NCBI RefSeq assembly: GCF_018350175.1
Contig: NC_058368.1
Location: forward strand, 7,378,001 to 7,442,000
Length of the DNA: 64,000 nt
Origin: Felis catus
Taxonomy: Eukaryota
Reading direction: 5' to 3'
A program made the translations under genes and the position numbers. Shown here in pieces: positions 23,016 to 35,619 of the stretch (position 1 is its first letter; each line of letters opens with the position of its first letter). The notes under the pieces are model-generated. The model did not search any database, was not told where the DNA came from, and saw nothing but the letters and a program-made list of their open reading frames with translations.

Positions 23016-25099
23016 CGTACGAGGCCGACTCACCTGCGGAGTAGGTAGCCTTTAAGTAGCCTTAAAATGGGTCCAAATTAGATACAGAAGTATGCTTTCG
23101 TCTGGAAGAAAAGTGTTTTAAGGCCAAATAAAAACGTTTCCAAGCCAACCGTGTCTTTATACCCCTATCACTATCTCCTGGAAAAGTCCAGAAAGGGGCT
23201 CGTTTTGCTTTCTTTTTACCTATAACGCTACTCACGTTATCACGTAAGGGATTTCGAGTTTAAGGAAATGGCTAGCTTAGATCTTACAGGAAAACCCTCA
23301 GAAAGAACACACTGTATATTTGTGGCTGTGGTTAATTTGCCTCGCCAGCCTGGAACACCCCAGCAGAAATATGGGACAATTGAAGTCAACGAGGACGGAC
23401 TCTAATGCATAAATATTGGGGCCAGGGAAGAAATGGAACAGCTTCAGCAAGATTAGCACCAAGTACAGGTACAAACATACTAGGAAGCGTAGACATTCCT
23501 CTTACGCAATAGAGGCCAAATGAACAAGAGAAAATGTCTTGCGACACACAGCCTTGCTCTTTCAATAATCATCAAATGGGTGTCTTTCCTCCAACCTCAA
23601 CTTAGCTAGGTTAGGCAGTGACTCTGTTTACCCTTGCGAGGTGACAGTAAATACTCGGGACTATTCATCTTGATGATCAGGGGAGAGAACGTGGTTTCTG
23701 GGCTAGACTCCTACTCATTTACTCCTCCTTCTCATTCATTTTCACACCGTCAGGACATTGGGCCAGTGTAGGGATTCCCTTTCAAGCTGGGTAGGAGAAT
23801 TGTGGGTGAATTTTTTGTATCGAAATAAACAATCATCCGAAACGAATGTACTATAATCAAATAGGTAAATCCCCAGGGATATTTTCCTTTAGGGGAATTC
23901 ATGGGAAAGTATAGGTATTTCATGCAGGCCCTGTTAAAATTCTACCAAGCAATTAAGAAGTATAGTATTTTCAAACCAACTTATTAACATAAGAATTTGA
24001 TGGAGAGATGAGAAAAGGTTGCTTCCTGACGTTTGCCAGGTCATATAAAAAGAATATCCAGAGCAGTGCTGACAGGCAAGTTCTCTGCATCCAAGGGAAC
24101 GACAATTTATTCTTTCATAAAACACTTAAAGGCCCCGATTTCACCGTTTTGCTTGAATTCCAAGTTAGAAGGTTTCCGCATCTCTCTCTCTGTTTCTGTC
24201 CTCTGTGTCCTGCTATTCACCCCATGCCCCCCTCTCCAGGTCCCAATACCGTCTGGTGCTTCCTGGTCTTTGGAAGATCCCAATCCAGAAAACCTCCAGT
24301 CTTCCTTCCACTAAATAGTAACCCAGGGAACAAAATACACTCTCCCTCTTTCTCCCCCTCCTATCTAAGCTCCTCTTCAGCAGCACATATCAGTTAAGTG
24401 TTGAAGAAACATCAGGCTCACTAAATTAACTCACTCCAAGGTGTGAATGATTGATAGCCCCTAAACATCCTATAGTTATCTGCATTTTAAAGGACCTTAC
24501 GCACCCAACTGAATCTCTATTTGCATGCATTTCAAGCTAGGGAGGCAGAGATTTTGTTTTGTTCTTGTTTTGTTTTACCACATAAGCAACTTGGAACCTG
24601 TCATATAAAAGGTCAGGTCTTGTCATTTAAAATCACTTCATTGGATTAGTTAAAAACGGGGCCTGCATTATTATTCTCACGGCCACATGCCTAATGCTAC
24701 CTGGGCCCTGCTTTGGGCAAAGCAACCTGTCCAGACAATCAAGCTCTCTGCACTTGACCCCAGCAAATCTAGAACTAGACAGAGGGGGTTCTAGGTCTAT
24801 CTTGCCTTGCTCCTTCCTTGCCTGAAAGGAAGAAAGTCCCCCAAATAACCAGTTGGGCTACATTAGGCCATTTCTTTGGTGGCATTTAGCAAGATGAGGG
24901 GTGGGACGAACCCTGACTTTCATAACAGCCTTCCTGCTCCCCGCCCTCCCACCCCTCGTCAATTCTGCTATGGCCCCATAACCCCCTAAACCATGGATCC
25001 GTTCTACTTCCACTTTTTAGGGAACAGAAGGAACCCCTGATGGGTTAGACTTTGAAGAACAATGCTCAGTTGGAGTGTTTTGCCATTTCTGTCATCCAC

Positions 25100-25315
25100 G
25101 GACCATGTATTTCCCAGTGGGCAAGCGTTATGTTAAGTATTTAACCTTTACATCAAAACCTACTGAGGACGTATCATTTCCTCCACTTTCAGATGGCAAA
25201 AGTGAGACTCAGAGAGGTGAAGCAACTTACCCAAGGCCCCACAGCCAGGATAGTACAGAGCCACAGTGCAAATCTGCATCTCACTCCCAAGTCCCAACTC
25301 TTAGCTGCTACCCTC
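25100..25315 (-). mobile_element. MIR
   Basis: CAGATGGCAAAAGTGAGACTCAGAGAGGTGAAGCAACTTACCCAAGG. Confidence 0.85.
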
Positions 25316-25362
25316 AGTATGTGTCGTAAAAGAAATCGTGTGTCTTAGCATCCCTTCACAGG

Positions 25363-25626
25363 CAGGACCAACGTCTCCATTAGGCACAGCAGGTACAGTG
25401 TTGGGGGCCCACAGTGCTTTTAGGGACCCACGAAAATGTTTTACTTACTTTTAACCTCAGAAGAGTCAATTAGCTTTTAGGTTGAAAAACTGTTTTACTA
25501 TATGTTAATATATTGCCTGTATACTAACACAGTCCTAAAATATAATTAAAAACATTTTTTTTTTATGGAAGAAGAGGCCCACGAAAGCCAAAGTGCCCAG
25601 GGCCCGTGAAAGTCATAGCAGCCCGG
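25363..25626. mobile_element. hAT-Tip100 MITE, ORSL-like
   Basis: TAGGCACAG..GGGCCCAC..CCCACGAAAATGTTTT..AAAGTGCCCAGGGCCCGTGAAAGTCATA; degenerate 8-bp TSD TTCACAGG/CTCAGAGG. Confidence 0.7.
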
Positions 25627-26433
25627 CTCAGAGGTGACCTCCCCAGTCGTTTCTGCCACTCTGCTGCCCACATCACTGGCAACTTTCAGAATAGCCTCAG
25701 AAGAGGACGGCGTTATACAGATGACCAGAGAAGCTAAGTGATTCTAAGTCCTGGGGTTGGAGGAGGCAGCCTGGCTAATGTGGCAGATTGCTAGAGCAAG
25801 TGAGTCTCGGGGCTATGGGATGAGGTCTGGTCTGCACGATGTATCTCCTGGGTGGAGGTTGGAAGAAGACCAGGGGTTTGCGATATCCTCAGGTGATTAT
25901 AAGTCAAGGTTTTACGATTTGAATAATGCATTAAATATACCGGTGAACTGGCTTCTTCCCAGAATTCAGGGATGATTCTTTTGCAAGTTCAGGTGCTCAT
26001 AACCTTGCCTATATCTACAGGTTTTTATCAACTTGGATTTTAGTATATCCCATTTTCTCTAAACAGAACATAAGCTATTTGTTAGTGTCTTGAGTTCAGC
26101 TCTGGACTCTAACCTACAACAGCAATATAAAGTAGGAGAACGAGGTTCACGAAAATTAAAAACAAAACAAAATAAAACTGTCTCAGGGATGGAAACTGAA
26201 GCCTTTGAGGAAAAGCTGATAGAATTGTTTTAAGTAACAAAGCAAAAAAAAAAAAAAAAAAAAGCTAGCATCCTGTACTTGGGAAGGATAATAACGTTCC
26301 AGAATGTTCCCTGGAAGCTATCTTGTCCTTAAGTTGTTTGTCCACATGGGGCACAGATTCAATTGAGAACGACCTATGCTGTGGTATTAAAAACACTGTT
26401 ACTTGAAGGATAGAATACCCTCTCAGACTATCT

Positions 26434-26555
26434 GATTCATTGATTCATTCAACAAATTTTACTGGTCCCTTACAAACTGTCAGGCACTCTAGAAGAAGGC
26501 ACACTAGTCCCCGCCCTTCTAGAGATTACATTCCAGAGGGGAGACAGAAGCAGAT
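26434..26555 (-). mobile_element. L2 3' end
   Basis: ATTCATTCAACAAAT..CAGGCACT..TTACATTCCAGAGGGGAGACAG. Confidence 0.75.
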
Positions 26556-26790
26556 ATAGCCAGGCTGGTCATTGAGACGACACCTCATACGCGTGGCCTC
26601 GATTAGCCACTAGCTAGAGACTGATCCAAAAATCCATTCTGAGGGGCTCTGGGCTGTCAAGAAGGGTGATGGACAGATGGCTTTACCTGCAGGCAAGGGA
26701 AACAGATTCTTTTCCCCACTTTGTGATATTTGCTGCCTGGCACATAGTATGTGCTACTATTATAACTCCTTTTTTTCCAATGTTTATTTA

Positions 26791-27013
26791 TTTTTTTTAA
26801 TTTTTTTTTTAACATTTATTTATTTTTGGGACAGAGAGAGACAGAGCATGAATGGGGGAGGGGCAGAGAGAGAGGGAGACACAGAATCGGAAGCAGGCTC
26901 CAGGCTCCGAGCCATCAGCCCAGAGCCTGACGCGGGGCTCGAACTCACGGACCGTGAGATCGTGACCTGAGCTGAAGTCGGACGCTTAACCGACGGAGCC
27001 ACCCAGGCGCCCC
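26791..27013 (-). mobile_element. SINEC_Fc nested in the tail of an older SINE
   Basis: TSD CAATGTTTATTTA at 26778 and 27015. Confidence 0.95.
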
Positions 27014-27014
27014 T

Positions 27015-27215
27015 CAATGTTTATTTAGTTTTGAAAGAGAGAGAGGGAATGCGAGCAGGGGAGGGGTAGAGAGAGGGGGAGACACAGAATCGGAAGCAGA
27101 CTCCAGGCTCTGAGCTGTCAGCACAGAGCCTGACGCGGGACTCGAACTCATGGACCTTGAGATCATGACCCGAGTCGAAGTCAGACGCTCAACCAACTAA
27201 GCCACCCAGGCGCCT
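27015..27215 (-). mobile_element. CanSINE (host; tail remnant at 26770-26790)
   Basis: Outer TSD TATAACTC at 26761 and 27217. Confidence 0.93.
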
Positions 27216-27699
27216 CTATAACTCTTCAAAGTAACCATCATCTGCATGTTATAGAAGACTAAATTGAGACTTGATGGTCTGAAGTTTTGTGACAAAAGTC
27301 ACAGAGCTAGCAAGTTGTGGTGCTGATTCAACCTCAAGTATGACTGACCTTATAGGCTTAATTGTGTTTAATTTTTTTCCTATTAGCTTTAAATTTTTAA
27401 AAATTTTTTATCAAAGTTATGTAGAGACACAGTTTATTGAATCAGTGTATTTCTTCAAGGCTGGACATGCTCCATAAAATGGTCACACCATTTTAAATTC
27501 TTTTAGCTGATTTATCTTACACGTGTATCCGTATCACTAAATAACACGTTCATATTGCGACTTTTCAATTTTTCAGTGTAGGCGTTATCAATTGAACTCC
27601 CACTTGAGAATATACAGATTTCACCCTCTTTTCCTCTCTCCTCCCAATATAATATTTTAAACACTTTGGCTACAAAGCAGTGTTTGCATTGGTGTGACA

Positions 27700-29108
27700 A
27701 GACAGAATGACAGGGTAAGGAGTTTGGCAAGCCCTCTTCTCAAAAAGTAGTGACAAAACCAGGCAACGGAGCCAGAAACATCTTCAGGGTGCTGCAGATC
27801 AACCCAAGGCATATAAAACTCGAGAAATATTTATTCGAGAAAGACTACTAAACCTCAGATAAAAACAGCGGGCCTCTGGCCTTTTAGCCCAGGGTGGATC
27901 CCATCTGTCACCTACCTGTCCCCTGCCCCCCTCATCCCTGGTTCCAGTCTGATAGTTCTACCAGGGCAGGGCAGGCCACAAAATCCAGATGCTTTACCAG
28001 CAGACAGGGCTGACCAACATTGCAGCTAGCCTAGAGCTGGGACAAATAACAGACTGTCAGACTAGCCAGAGATGTAGCAGTAAGATCCCTGGAAGGAGAT
28101 GGCCGTAACGGTCCCAGTCCTCTCGCACATATCCCCGGCAGTCTGGAAAGCTGCACCCATTTCCAAGGCTGTGTGCGTGGACAAGAGAGACCAGAGAGGG
28201 AGGGCCCTAGCTCTCCATACACCCCTGGCTGAACACCAGGTCTGACACACACACGGAGGAGACACATGGGAGCCCGTGAAAAGCAAAATCCAGGGAAGAC
28301 TTGTGAATCACCTGAATTTTGAGTGTGTTCCCCAACCCCATACAGATCCATCAGCAAAGGACGGAGTTTTTACTGTCTTAAGTGTTTGAGCACAATCTCT
28401 GATCAGTCATCGGTGGATCGCTAAATTACACTGACATAGGAACGATCTCTAGGAGGCCAGTATTAAAAAATTAAAACAACAGTTTAAGTAAAACTGACGA
28501 GAGACATCCGGAGCTACACAATGCAAAGGAAACAGAGTTCTTGAGATTAGCCCAGGCAAGTCCCTAAACAGACAAACAAAACTTCCGCAACAACACTAAC
28601 TTCTGAAAGGGGCAGGGAATGGAATCTCAATCTAGAGTTGCTGCACTATAGTGTGTGACATATATAGTTTTTAACAAAAAAATTACAAGATTTGGGTCGG
28701 CAAGAGGAAAACAGTAGACGCTGCCTCTGAGAGGGTTTAGATGTTGAGCTTCACAGACAAAGACGTCAACGCAGTTATTATAAATACGCTCAAGCCACTA
28801 AAGAAAAGTGTATTCAAAGACTTGAAGAAAAGGATAATGACAGTGACTCATCAAAGATAGAATACCAACATGGAGCCAGAACTCATTAAAAAAAAAAAAA
28901 GGAAACAAGTGGAAAATCTGGACTTGAAAAGTGAAATCACTGAAACGGGAAGGTGAAACCTTCAGTAGAAAATGTGAGGGGTGGGGTGCCTGGATGGCAC
29001 AGTCAGTTAAGCGTCTGACTTTGGTTCGGGTCATGATCTCACAGTTGGTGGGTTTGAGCCCTGTGTCGGGCTCTGTGCTGACAGCTCGGAGCCTGGAGCT
29101 TTCTTCAG

Positions 29109-29144
<36 letters not shown>

Positions 29145-29430
29145 CCTCCCCACTCGCACTCTGTCTCTCTCTCAAAAATAAATAAGCATAAAAAAAATGT
29201 GAGGGGGCACAAGAAGGAATGGTGAACTTGAAGACGATAGAAGTTATCCAACCTGGAAAATACAAAGAGTAGAGAAAAATGAACAGAGCTTCGGAGACCT
29301 ATGGGAATCCATCAAGCATCACACTTGCAAAGACTTCCCAAAGGAAAGAAAGGGGGGAAATGGGTTTGGAGAAGTGACGGCCCCAAATTTCCTAACTTCG
29401 ATAAGAAACACTAATCACCCATCCGAGTCC
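27700..29430 (+). mobile_element. Ancient L1 5' region / ORF1 relic
   Basis: NEQSFGDLWESIK and VTAPNFL resemble ORF1p NEQSLRDLWDNIK and IMAENFPNL. Confidence 0.8.
28983..29193 (+). mobile_element. CanSINE inside L1 ORF1
   Basis: TSD AAAATGTGAGGGG. Confidence 0.95.
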
Positions 29431-29651
29431 ACCCATGACATGAAAGGTCTGCTCCGAGTTAAACCGTATAGTATAACTACCTTTCCTTTCTACACAGCCT
29501 TTAGTTTTCTTAGTGTTAGTAATTTTCTTTTCACCATTTGCCTAGGATTTTTGATAGACGTATTATCAATTCAACCCCAAACCCTCTCCCCCTTGTTTAA
29601 ATCTCTCCTCCAGACGTTCAGCTGCCTAAGAGGTTTATAAATTCCATCTTC

Positions 29652-29760
29652 TTGGCATGAGTCAGGGGAACATGCAACTCTTGATCTCAGGGTGGTGAAT
29701 TTGAGCCCCACTTTGGGTGTAGAGATTAGTAAGAACAATAAATAAACTTTAAAGAAAAAA
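29652..29760 (+). mobile_element. Short old CanSINE
   Basis: CATGCAACTCTTGATCTCAGGG..GAGCCCCAC..GGGTGTAGAGATTA. Confidence 0.85.
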
Positions 29761-30315
29761 GTAAAAGTGTTGAGACCTGGCATATCTGAAAATGTCTTTA
29801 TTCTACCATCACACTTGATTGAGAGTTTAGCTGGATATAGAATTCTAGATGGAAAGCATTTTTTCCTTCAGCATTTACAGTCATATCTCTTTGATCTTTC
29901 AGCTTCCCGTGTTAATGTGAAAGTTCCAAGCCACTGTGATTCTTTATCCTTTGTATGAGGCTTGTGGGACTTTGCCTTTGTCCCCAGTGTTCCAGAATTT
30001 CTCATTGATGTTCCCTGGTTTGGGTCCATTTTTTCCTTTTATATCAGCACTTGAAGCATCCTCTCAATTTGTAATCTCATCTTTTAGTTCATGAGTTCAT
30101 TTCCTCCCTTTTCTCTGTTCTTCTTTTATGGAATATCTCTTGCTTAGGTATGGGATCTCCTGGGTTGAGCCTCTAATTTCCTGACATTTGATCTTCTATT
30201 TTTTATCTCCTTGACTTCTTGCCCTATTTTCTTAAAGGTTTCTTCAAATTTATCTTCCAATCCTTTTACCTAATTCTTCATCATGGTATCTTTTTTAAAT
30301 TTCCTTTTTGAAATA

Positions 30316-30426
30316 TTTTTTAAAGTTTTTATTCTTAAGTAATCTCTATACCCAATGTGGGTCTCGAACTCACAACCCCAAAATCAAGAGTGGAATGCTC
30401 TACTGACTGAGTCGGCCAGGTGCCCC
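30316..30426 (-). mobile_element. Short old CanSINE
   Basis: AAGTAATCTCTATACCCAATGTGGG..CCAGGTGCCCC. Confidence 0.88.
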
Positions 30427-30474
30427 TTATTTTTTTTTCCTAAGAGTTTGTTGTGGTTGCTCTCTGTTCCGTCT

Positions 30475-30573
30475 TTATGTTTATTAAGTAGGTTCCATGT
30501 CTAATGTGGGGCTTGAACTCACCACCCTGAGATTAAGAGGATATGCTTTACTGGCTGAGCCAGCCAGGTGCCC
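30475..30573 (-). mobile_element. Short old CanSINE
   Basis: AATGTGGGGCTTGAACTCACC..GAGCCAGCCAGGTGCCC. Confidence 0.85.
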
Positions 30574-31616
30574 TATCTGTTCTGTTTTGAATAGCACTGT
30601 GGTCTTGTTTCATGCTTTCGGTATTTCTTATAGTCTCTCTGAGGTTATTAATTACATTTTTGAAGTTTTTAGCTCCCTGCACAGTTCCCGTATATCCAAG
30701 ATTTGTTTATATTTTTTGTCTGTCTGTTTATATTTTGGTCTCTATCTTTCATGCTGGCCTTGGGAGGGAGAGAGTGTATTCTCTTTGTGGGAGGGGTGTG
30801 AATCATTGGAGGCAGCATCTGAGATGGAAAGAGACCTTTCCTCAGCATTCTGGTTCTTTGCTTGTTTGTTTATATTTAAGAGTAGAGGCTGAAAAGCCGA
30901 TTAGAACCCCTCAACATAAAGTTGAGGGTTGTACAGTCTAAGTCTCCTATATTGGATTGTTTTGTTTGCAAGGCCACTAATATCAATATCTTTAGGTCTT
31001 TGCATGAGTCAGAGTCCCTGGAAAAGATTCTTCAAATATCCTACTAGAGGGGTCAAATATTCTGGCATCTCATCTCACGACTGTGGGCCGACCTGCTGCC
31101 TCCCATCTATACATGTTCCAGGATCAGCCTCCGGTCTCTGCCAGGACTGGAGAGGAGAAGTCCTCTGGCTCATCGAGTGACAGACCCCTCAAGTGCTCTG
31201 CAAACAGCTCTCAACAAACCTTTATTGGTTTGGTTCCTTCCTCACCCTCATTTCCAGGGAAACATGGTACCACCAGTTCCTGAGATTTGGGGATTCAGCA
31301 ATGCGCAATGGGTTGTTTCTTAGCTTCCCCAATTAACACCTTCAAATTTAAATGTCTTCCACATGCTAAGTCATTTATCACTCATTCTCATGCTTTCTAG
31401 CTCTTAAAATGTTAGTGCCTCACCTCCCCTTCCACACTCTCCATTCTTACAGCTCTATACAACAAAAAATTCTGCGTTGTATTCTTAGAGGGATTTTTGA
31501 CGGGGACTGGAATTAGAATAGATGTTCAATCAATTGGCTTTTCCAGAGCATCTGAATGGTAAACTCAAAACTATAATACAAGTCACTCCGATGCGTAACC
31601 AAGGGGTCACCTTCTA

Positions 31617-31815
31617 ATTTTTTTAAATATTTATTTATTTTTGAGGGGGGGGGAGAGGGAGGGGCAGAGAGAGAGGGAGACACAGAATCTGAAGCAGGCT
31701 CCAGGCTCTGAACTGTCAGCGCAGAGCCCAACGCGGGGCTCCAACTCACCAACCGCAAGATCATGACCTGAGCCGAAGTCGGCTGCTTAACTGACTGAGC
31801 CCCCCGGGGGGCCCC
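31617..31815 (-). mobile_element. CanSINE
   Basis: TSD AAGG(G/T)GT(C/T)ACCTTCTA. Confidence 0.95.
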
Positions 31816-32196
31816 AAAGGTGTTACCTTCTAAAACTCAGCAAGCCTTTATAAGAGCAGTGACTATCATCGTTGAGGGGTTTCAGAGAAATTATGGAGAA
31901 ATACAGAAGATCTGAAAGATACAGGATAAAAATTTGAAGAACTAGGGCATGTGGGCACAAGACTGAAACAAATAAAATCAAAATGCCAAGGGGGCTTGTA
32001 GAAGAGTCTTTAGTTTTATGGGCATGAGGTTCTCAGGGTAGAAGGGCAAGGATGTAAAGACATGACAGTAACTGGCTTGGAAACAACACTGATATTTGCT
32101 CTGTGCTTAGTCTTTGGCATGTATAAAATAAGAATGTTGATGACCCCTCATTTTGCTATGAGGGTTCACGGAGAAAATCCATCTCAAGGCTTCTCA

Positions 32197-32400
32197 GGGC
32201 ATCCGGGTGGCTTAGTCAGTTTAGTGTCAGACTCTTGGCTTCAGCTGAGGTCATGATGTCAGGGTTTGTGAGTTCGGCCCCACATTGGTCTCCGCACCGA
32301 CAGTGCTTGGGATTCTCGCTCTGCCTTTCTCTCTGCCCCTCCCCACCTTGTGTGCATTCTCTCTCTCTCTCTCAAAATAAATAAACTTGAAAAAAAAAAA
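32197..32400 (+). mobile_element. CanSINE (after a MIR fragment at ~32100-32190)
   Basis: Head, (CT)n, AATAAA, poly(A). Confidence 0.92.
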
Positions 32401-32720
32401 ACAGCTCTCTGTAAATACAGTTGACCTAGGGTCAACGGTATTTTAAAATTACAATGTGTTAAGTTCCCCCATATGCATACACCCATGAAGTTTATCACTA
32501 CAATCAAGATAGTGAACATATTACCCCCTGAAGTTTCCTTACGCCCCTTTGAATTCTCTCCCTCTGACCCCTTTCCATCCCCATCCCTAAGGAACAACTG
32601 ATCCACTTTGTCACTATCGATTAGTTTACATTTTCTAGAGTTGATATACAGTTCTAGAAAACGCAGTCATATAGCATGCACTGTTTCTTGGGTCTGACTT
32701 CTTTCATTCAGCATGACTAT

Positions 32721-32809
32721 TTTTTTTTTAATATGAAATTTATTGTCAAATTGGTTTCCATACAACGCCCAGTGCTCATCCCAACAGGTGCCCTCCTCAA
32801 TGCCCATCA
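32721..32809 (-). mobile_element. 90-bp felid L1 3' terminus
   Basis: TTTATTGTCAAATTGGTTTCCATACAAC..CCCAACAGGTGCCCTCCTCAAT; TSD ATGACTA(T/C)TTT. Confidence 0.9.
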
Positions 32810-33352
32810 ATGACTACTTTGAAATTCACTCATGTCATTGGGTGAATCCATAGTACATTTCTTTTTATTGCTGAGTTGTTCCATTGTGTGAAAACACCAC
32901 AAATTGTTTATCCATTTACCTGTTTATGGACATTTGGGCTGTTCCCAGTTTGGCGGTATTCATCACAAACAAAGCCACTAAGAACATTCATGAACAAGTC
33001 TTTGTATGGTCACATGCTTTCATTTCTCTTGGGAAAATATTTGGGAGTAGAATGGCTGAATCCTACAGTATGCATAGGTTTAAATTTTTAAGAAGCTGCC
33101 AAACTATTTCCAAAATAGTTTTACTATTTTACATTTCTACCAGTAGTGTATGCAAGTTCCAGATGCTCCATATCTTCTCCAATACTTAGTATGTTCTGTA
33201 TTTTCAAATTTTAACCCTCTAAATAAATGCATACGAGTACCTAATTGTGGTTTTGTGTTTCCTTCATGACTAAATAAGATCGAACTTCTTTTTACGGGCT
33301 TCTTTGCCCTTCTGTCTTCTTTGATGATGTGTCTCTTTAAATTGTTTATTTA

Positions 33353-33573
33353 GGGGAGCCTGGGTGGCGCAGTCGGTTAAGCGTCCGACTTCGGCCAGGT
33401 CACGATCTCGCGGTCCGTGAGTTCGAGCCCTGCGTCGGGCTCTGGGCTGATGGCTCAGAGCCTGGAGCCTGTTTCCGATTCTGTGTCTCCCTCTCTCTCT
33501 GCCCCTCCCCCGTTCATGCTCTGTCTCTCTCTGTCCCAAGAATAAAATAAACGTTGAAAAAAAAATTAAAAAA
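33353..33573 (+). mobile_element. Young SINEC_Fc
   Basis: Perfect TSD AAATTGTTTATTTA at 33339 and 33574. Confidence 0.97.
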
Positions 33574-33881
33574 AAATTGTTTATTTAAAAAATTGGGTAG
33601 TTTCTTATTATTGAGTTCTGAGGGTTCTTTACATAGTGTGGGTACAAATTCTCTATTTTCATATACACTTTACAAATATTTTCTCTCAGTCACCTTATCT
33701 TCTCATTCTCTTAATAGTGTCTTCCAAAAACCAGAAGTTTTTCATTTTGGTAAAGCCCAATTTTTCAATTATTTCTTTTACGAATCATGTCTTCAGTGTC
33801 GTATCTAAGAAATCTTTGCCTAGCCCAAAAGACAAATATTTTCTCCATTTATCCAAGAAGTTTTAAGATTTTAGGTTCCAT

Positions 33882-34524
33882 GGGAATGCAAGCTGGTGCA
33901 GCCACTGTGGAAAACAGTATGGAGGTTCCAAAAAAAAAACTAAAAATAGAACTACCCTATGACCCAGCAATTGCACTACTAGGTATTTATCCAAGGGATA
34001 CAGGTGTGCTGTTTTGAAGGGACACTTGCACCCCAATGTTTATAGCAGCACTATCAGCAATAGCCAAAGTATGGAAGAGCCCAAATGTCCTTCGATGGAT
34101 GAATAGATAAAGAAGATGTGGTATACATATACAATGGAGTAGTACTCGGCAATCAAAAAGAATGAAATCTTGCCATTTGCAACTACGTGGATGGAACTGG
34201 AGGGTATTATGCTAAGTGAAATTAGTCAGAGAAAGACAAAAATCATATGACTTCACTCATATGAGGACCTTAGGAGACAAAACAGATGAACATAAGGGAA
34301 GAGAAACAAAAATAATATAAAAACAGGAAGGGGGACAAAACAGAAGAGACTCATAAATATGGAGAACAAACTGAGGGTTACGAGAGGGGTTGTGGGAGGG
34401 GGTATGAGCTAAATGGGTAAGGGGCATTAAGGAATCTACTCCTGAAATCATTGTTGCACTATATACTAACTTGGATGTAAATTTAAAAAGTCAATAAATA
34501 AATAAAATTAAAAATTAAAAAAAA
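33882..34524 (+). mobile_element. 5'-truncated felid/carnivore L1
   Basis: KLKIELPYDPAIALLGIYP ORF2 end, 3'UTR, A tail; perfect 17-bp TSD AAGATTTTAGGTTCCAT at 33865 and 34525. Confidence 0.95.
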
Positions 34525-34867
34525 AAGATTTTAGGTTCCATCCTGAGTCAACTTGACGATACATGTATGGGTGGAAGTTCATATTTTGCAGATGGTTATC
34601 CAATTGTTCTAGAACCACTGATTGAAAAGATTGTCCTTTCTCCACCGATTTGCCTTTGTACTTTTGATAAGAATCAGTTGTCCGTATATGCGTGGATCTG
34701 ACGCTGACTCTATTTTGTATCTCACTGATCTCTCTATCTGTTGATGTGTTGATACCATACCTTTTTAAGTCTTGAAATAAGGAAGTGTTAGCCTTCTGAT
34801 TTGAATCTTGGTTTTCAAAGTTGTTTTGGTTTTCAAGATTGTTTCCATGTCCATATAAATTTTATGT

Positions 34868-35021
34868 CTTTTTTTTAGAGAGAGTGTGTGTGCACAAGTC
34901 AGGGGAGGGGCATGCCCCAGTGCAGAGCCCAGTGTGGGGCTTGAATTCACAGACCGTGAGATCATGACCTGAGCCAAAATCAAGAGTCATATGCTTAACT
35001 GACTGAGCCACGCAGGCACCC
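34868..35021 (-). mobile_element. CanSINE
   Basis: TSD CCATATAAATTTTA. Confidence 0.92.
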
Positions 35022-35393
35022 CCATATAAATTTTAGAATAATCTTATCAAATTCTGAAAAAAAAATGTCTGCTTCAATTTTGATTGGGATTGGATTGAAT
35101 TGAAGCTATAGATTGATTGAAGCTATAGATGTTGAATCTTCTGACTATAAACAAGTTGTGTCTCTCCATTTATTTAGACTTTAAAAAATTTATCTCAAGG
35201 TTCAAAAGAATTTCTTGGAAGGGTTTGTGTAGAATTGGTAGTATTTTTTCCTTAACTGCTTGCTAGAATTACCAGTGAAGCCATCTGGGCCTGAAGTTTT
35301 CTTTGAGGGAATATTTTTAACTACAAACCTGACTGCTTTCATAGATACAGGCATGTTGAGGTTATCTGTTTCTTTCTGAGTGAGCTCTGGAAC

Positions 35394-35619
35394 TTTTTTT
35401 TTTTTTTAATGTTTATTTATCTTTGAGACAGAGAGAGACAGAGCATGAACGGGGGAGGAGCAGAGAGAGAGATGGAGACACAGAATCCAAAGCAGGCTCC
35501 AGGCTCCGAGCTGTCAGCACAGAGCCCGACACGGGGCTCGAACTCACGGACCATGAGATCGTGACCTGAGCCGAAGTCAGACGCTTAACTGACTGAGCCC
35601 TGGGCCACCCAGGTGCCCC
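35394..35619 (-). mobile_element. CanSINE
   Basis: Full body; TSD CTGGAA(C/G)TTT. Confidence 0.95.

Larger units (their letters stand above)
29460..31560 (-). mobile_element. Ancient L1ME/HAL1-like ORF1 and 5' region
   Basis: Reverse complement near 29815-29860 encodes FPSRILYPAKLSI, the ORF1p C-terminal motif. Confidence 0.7.
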
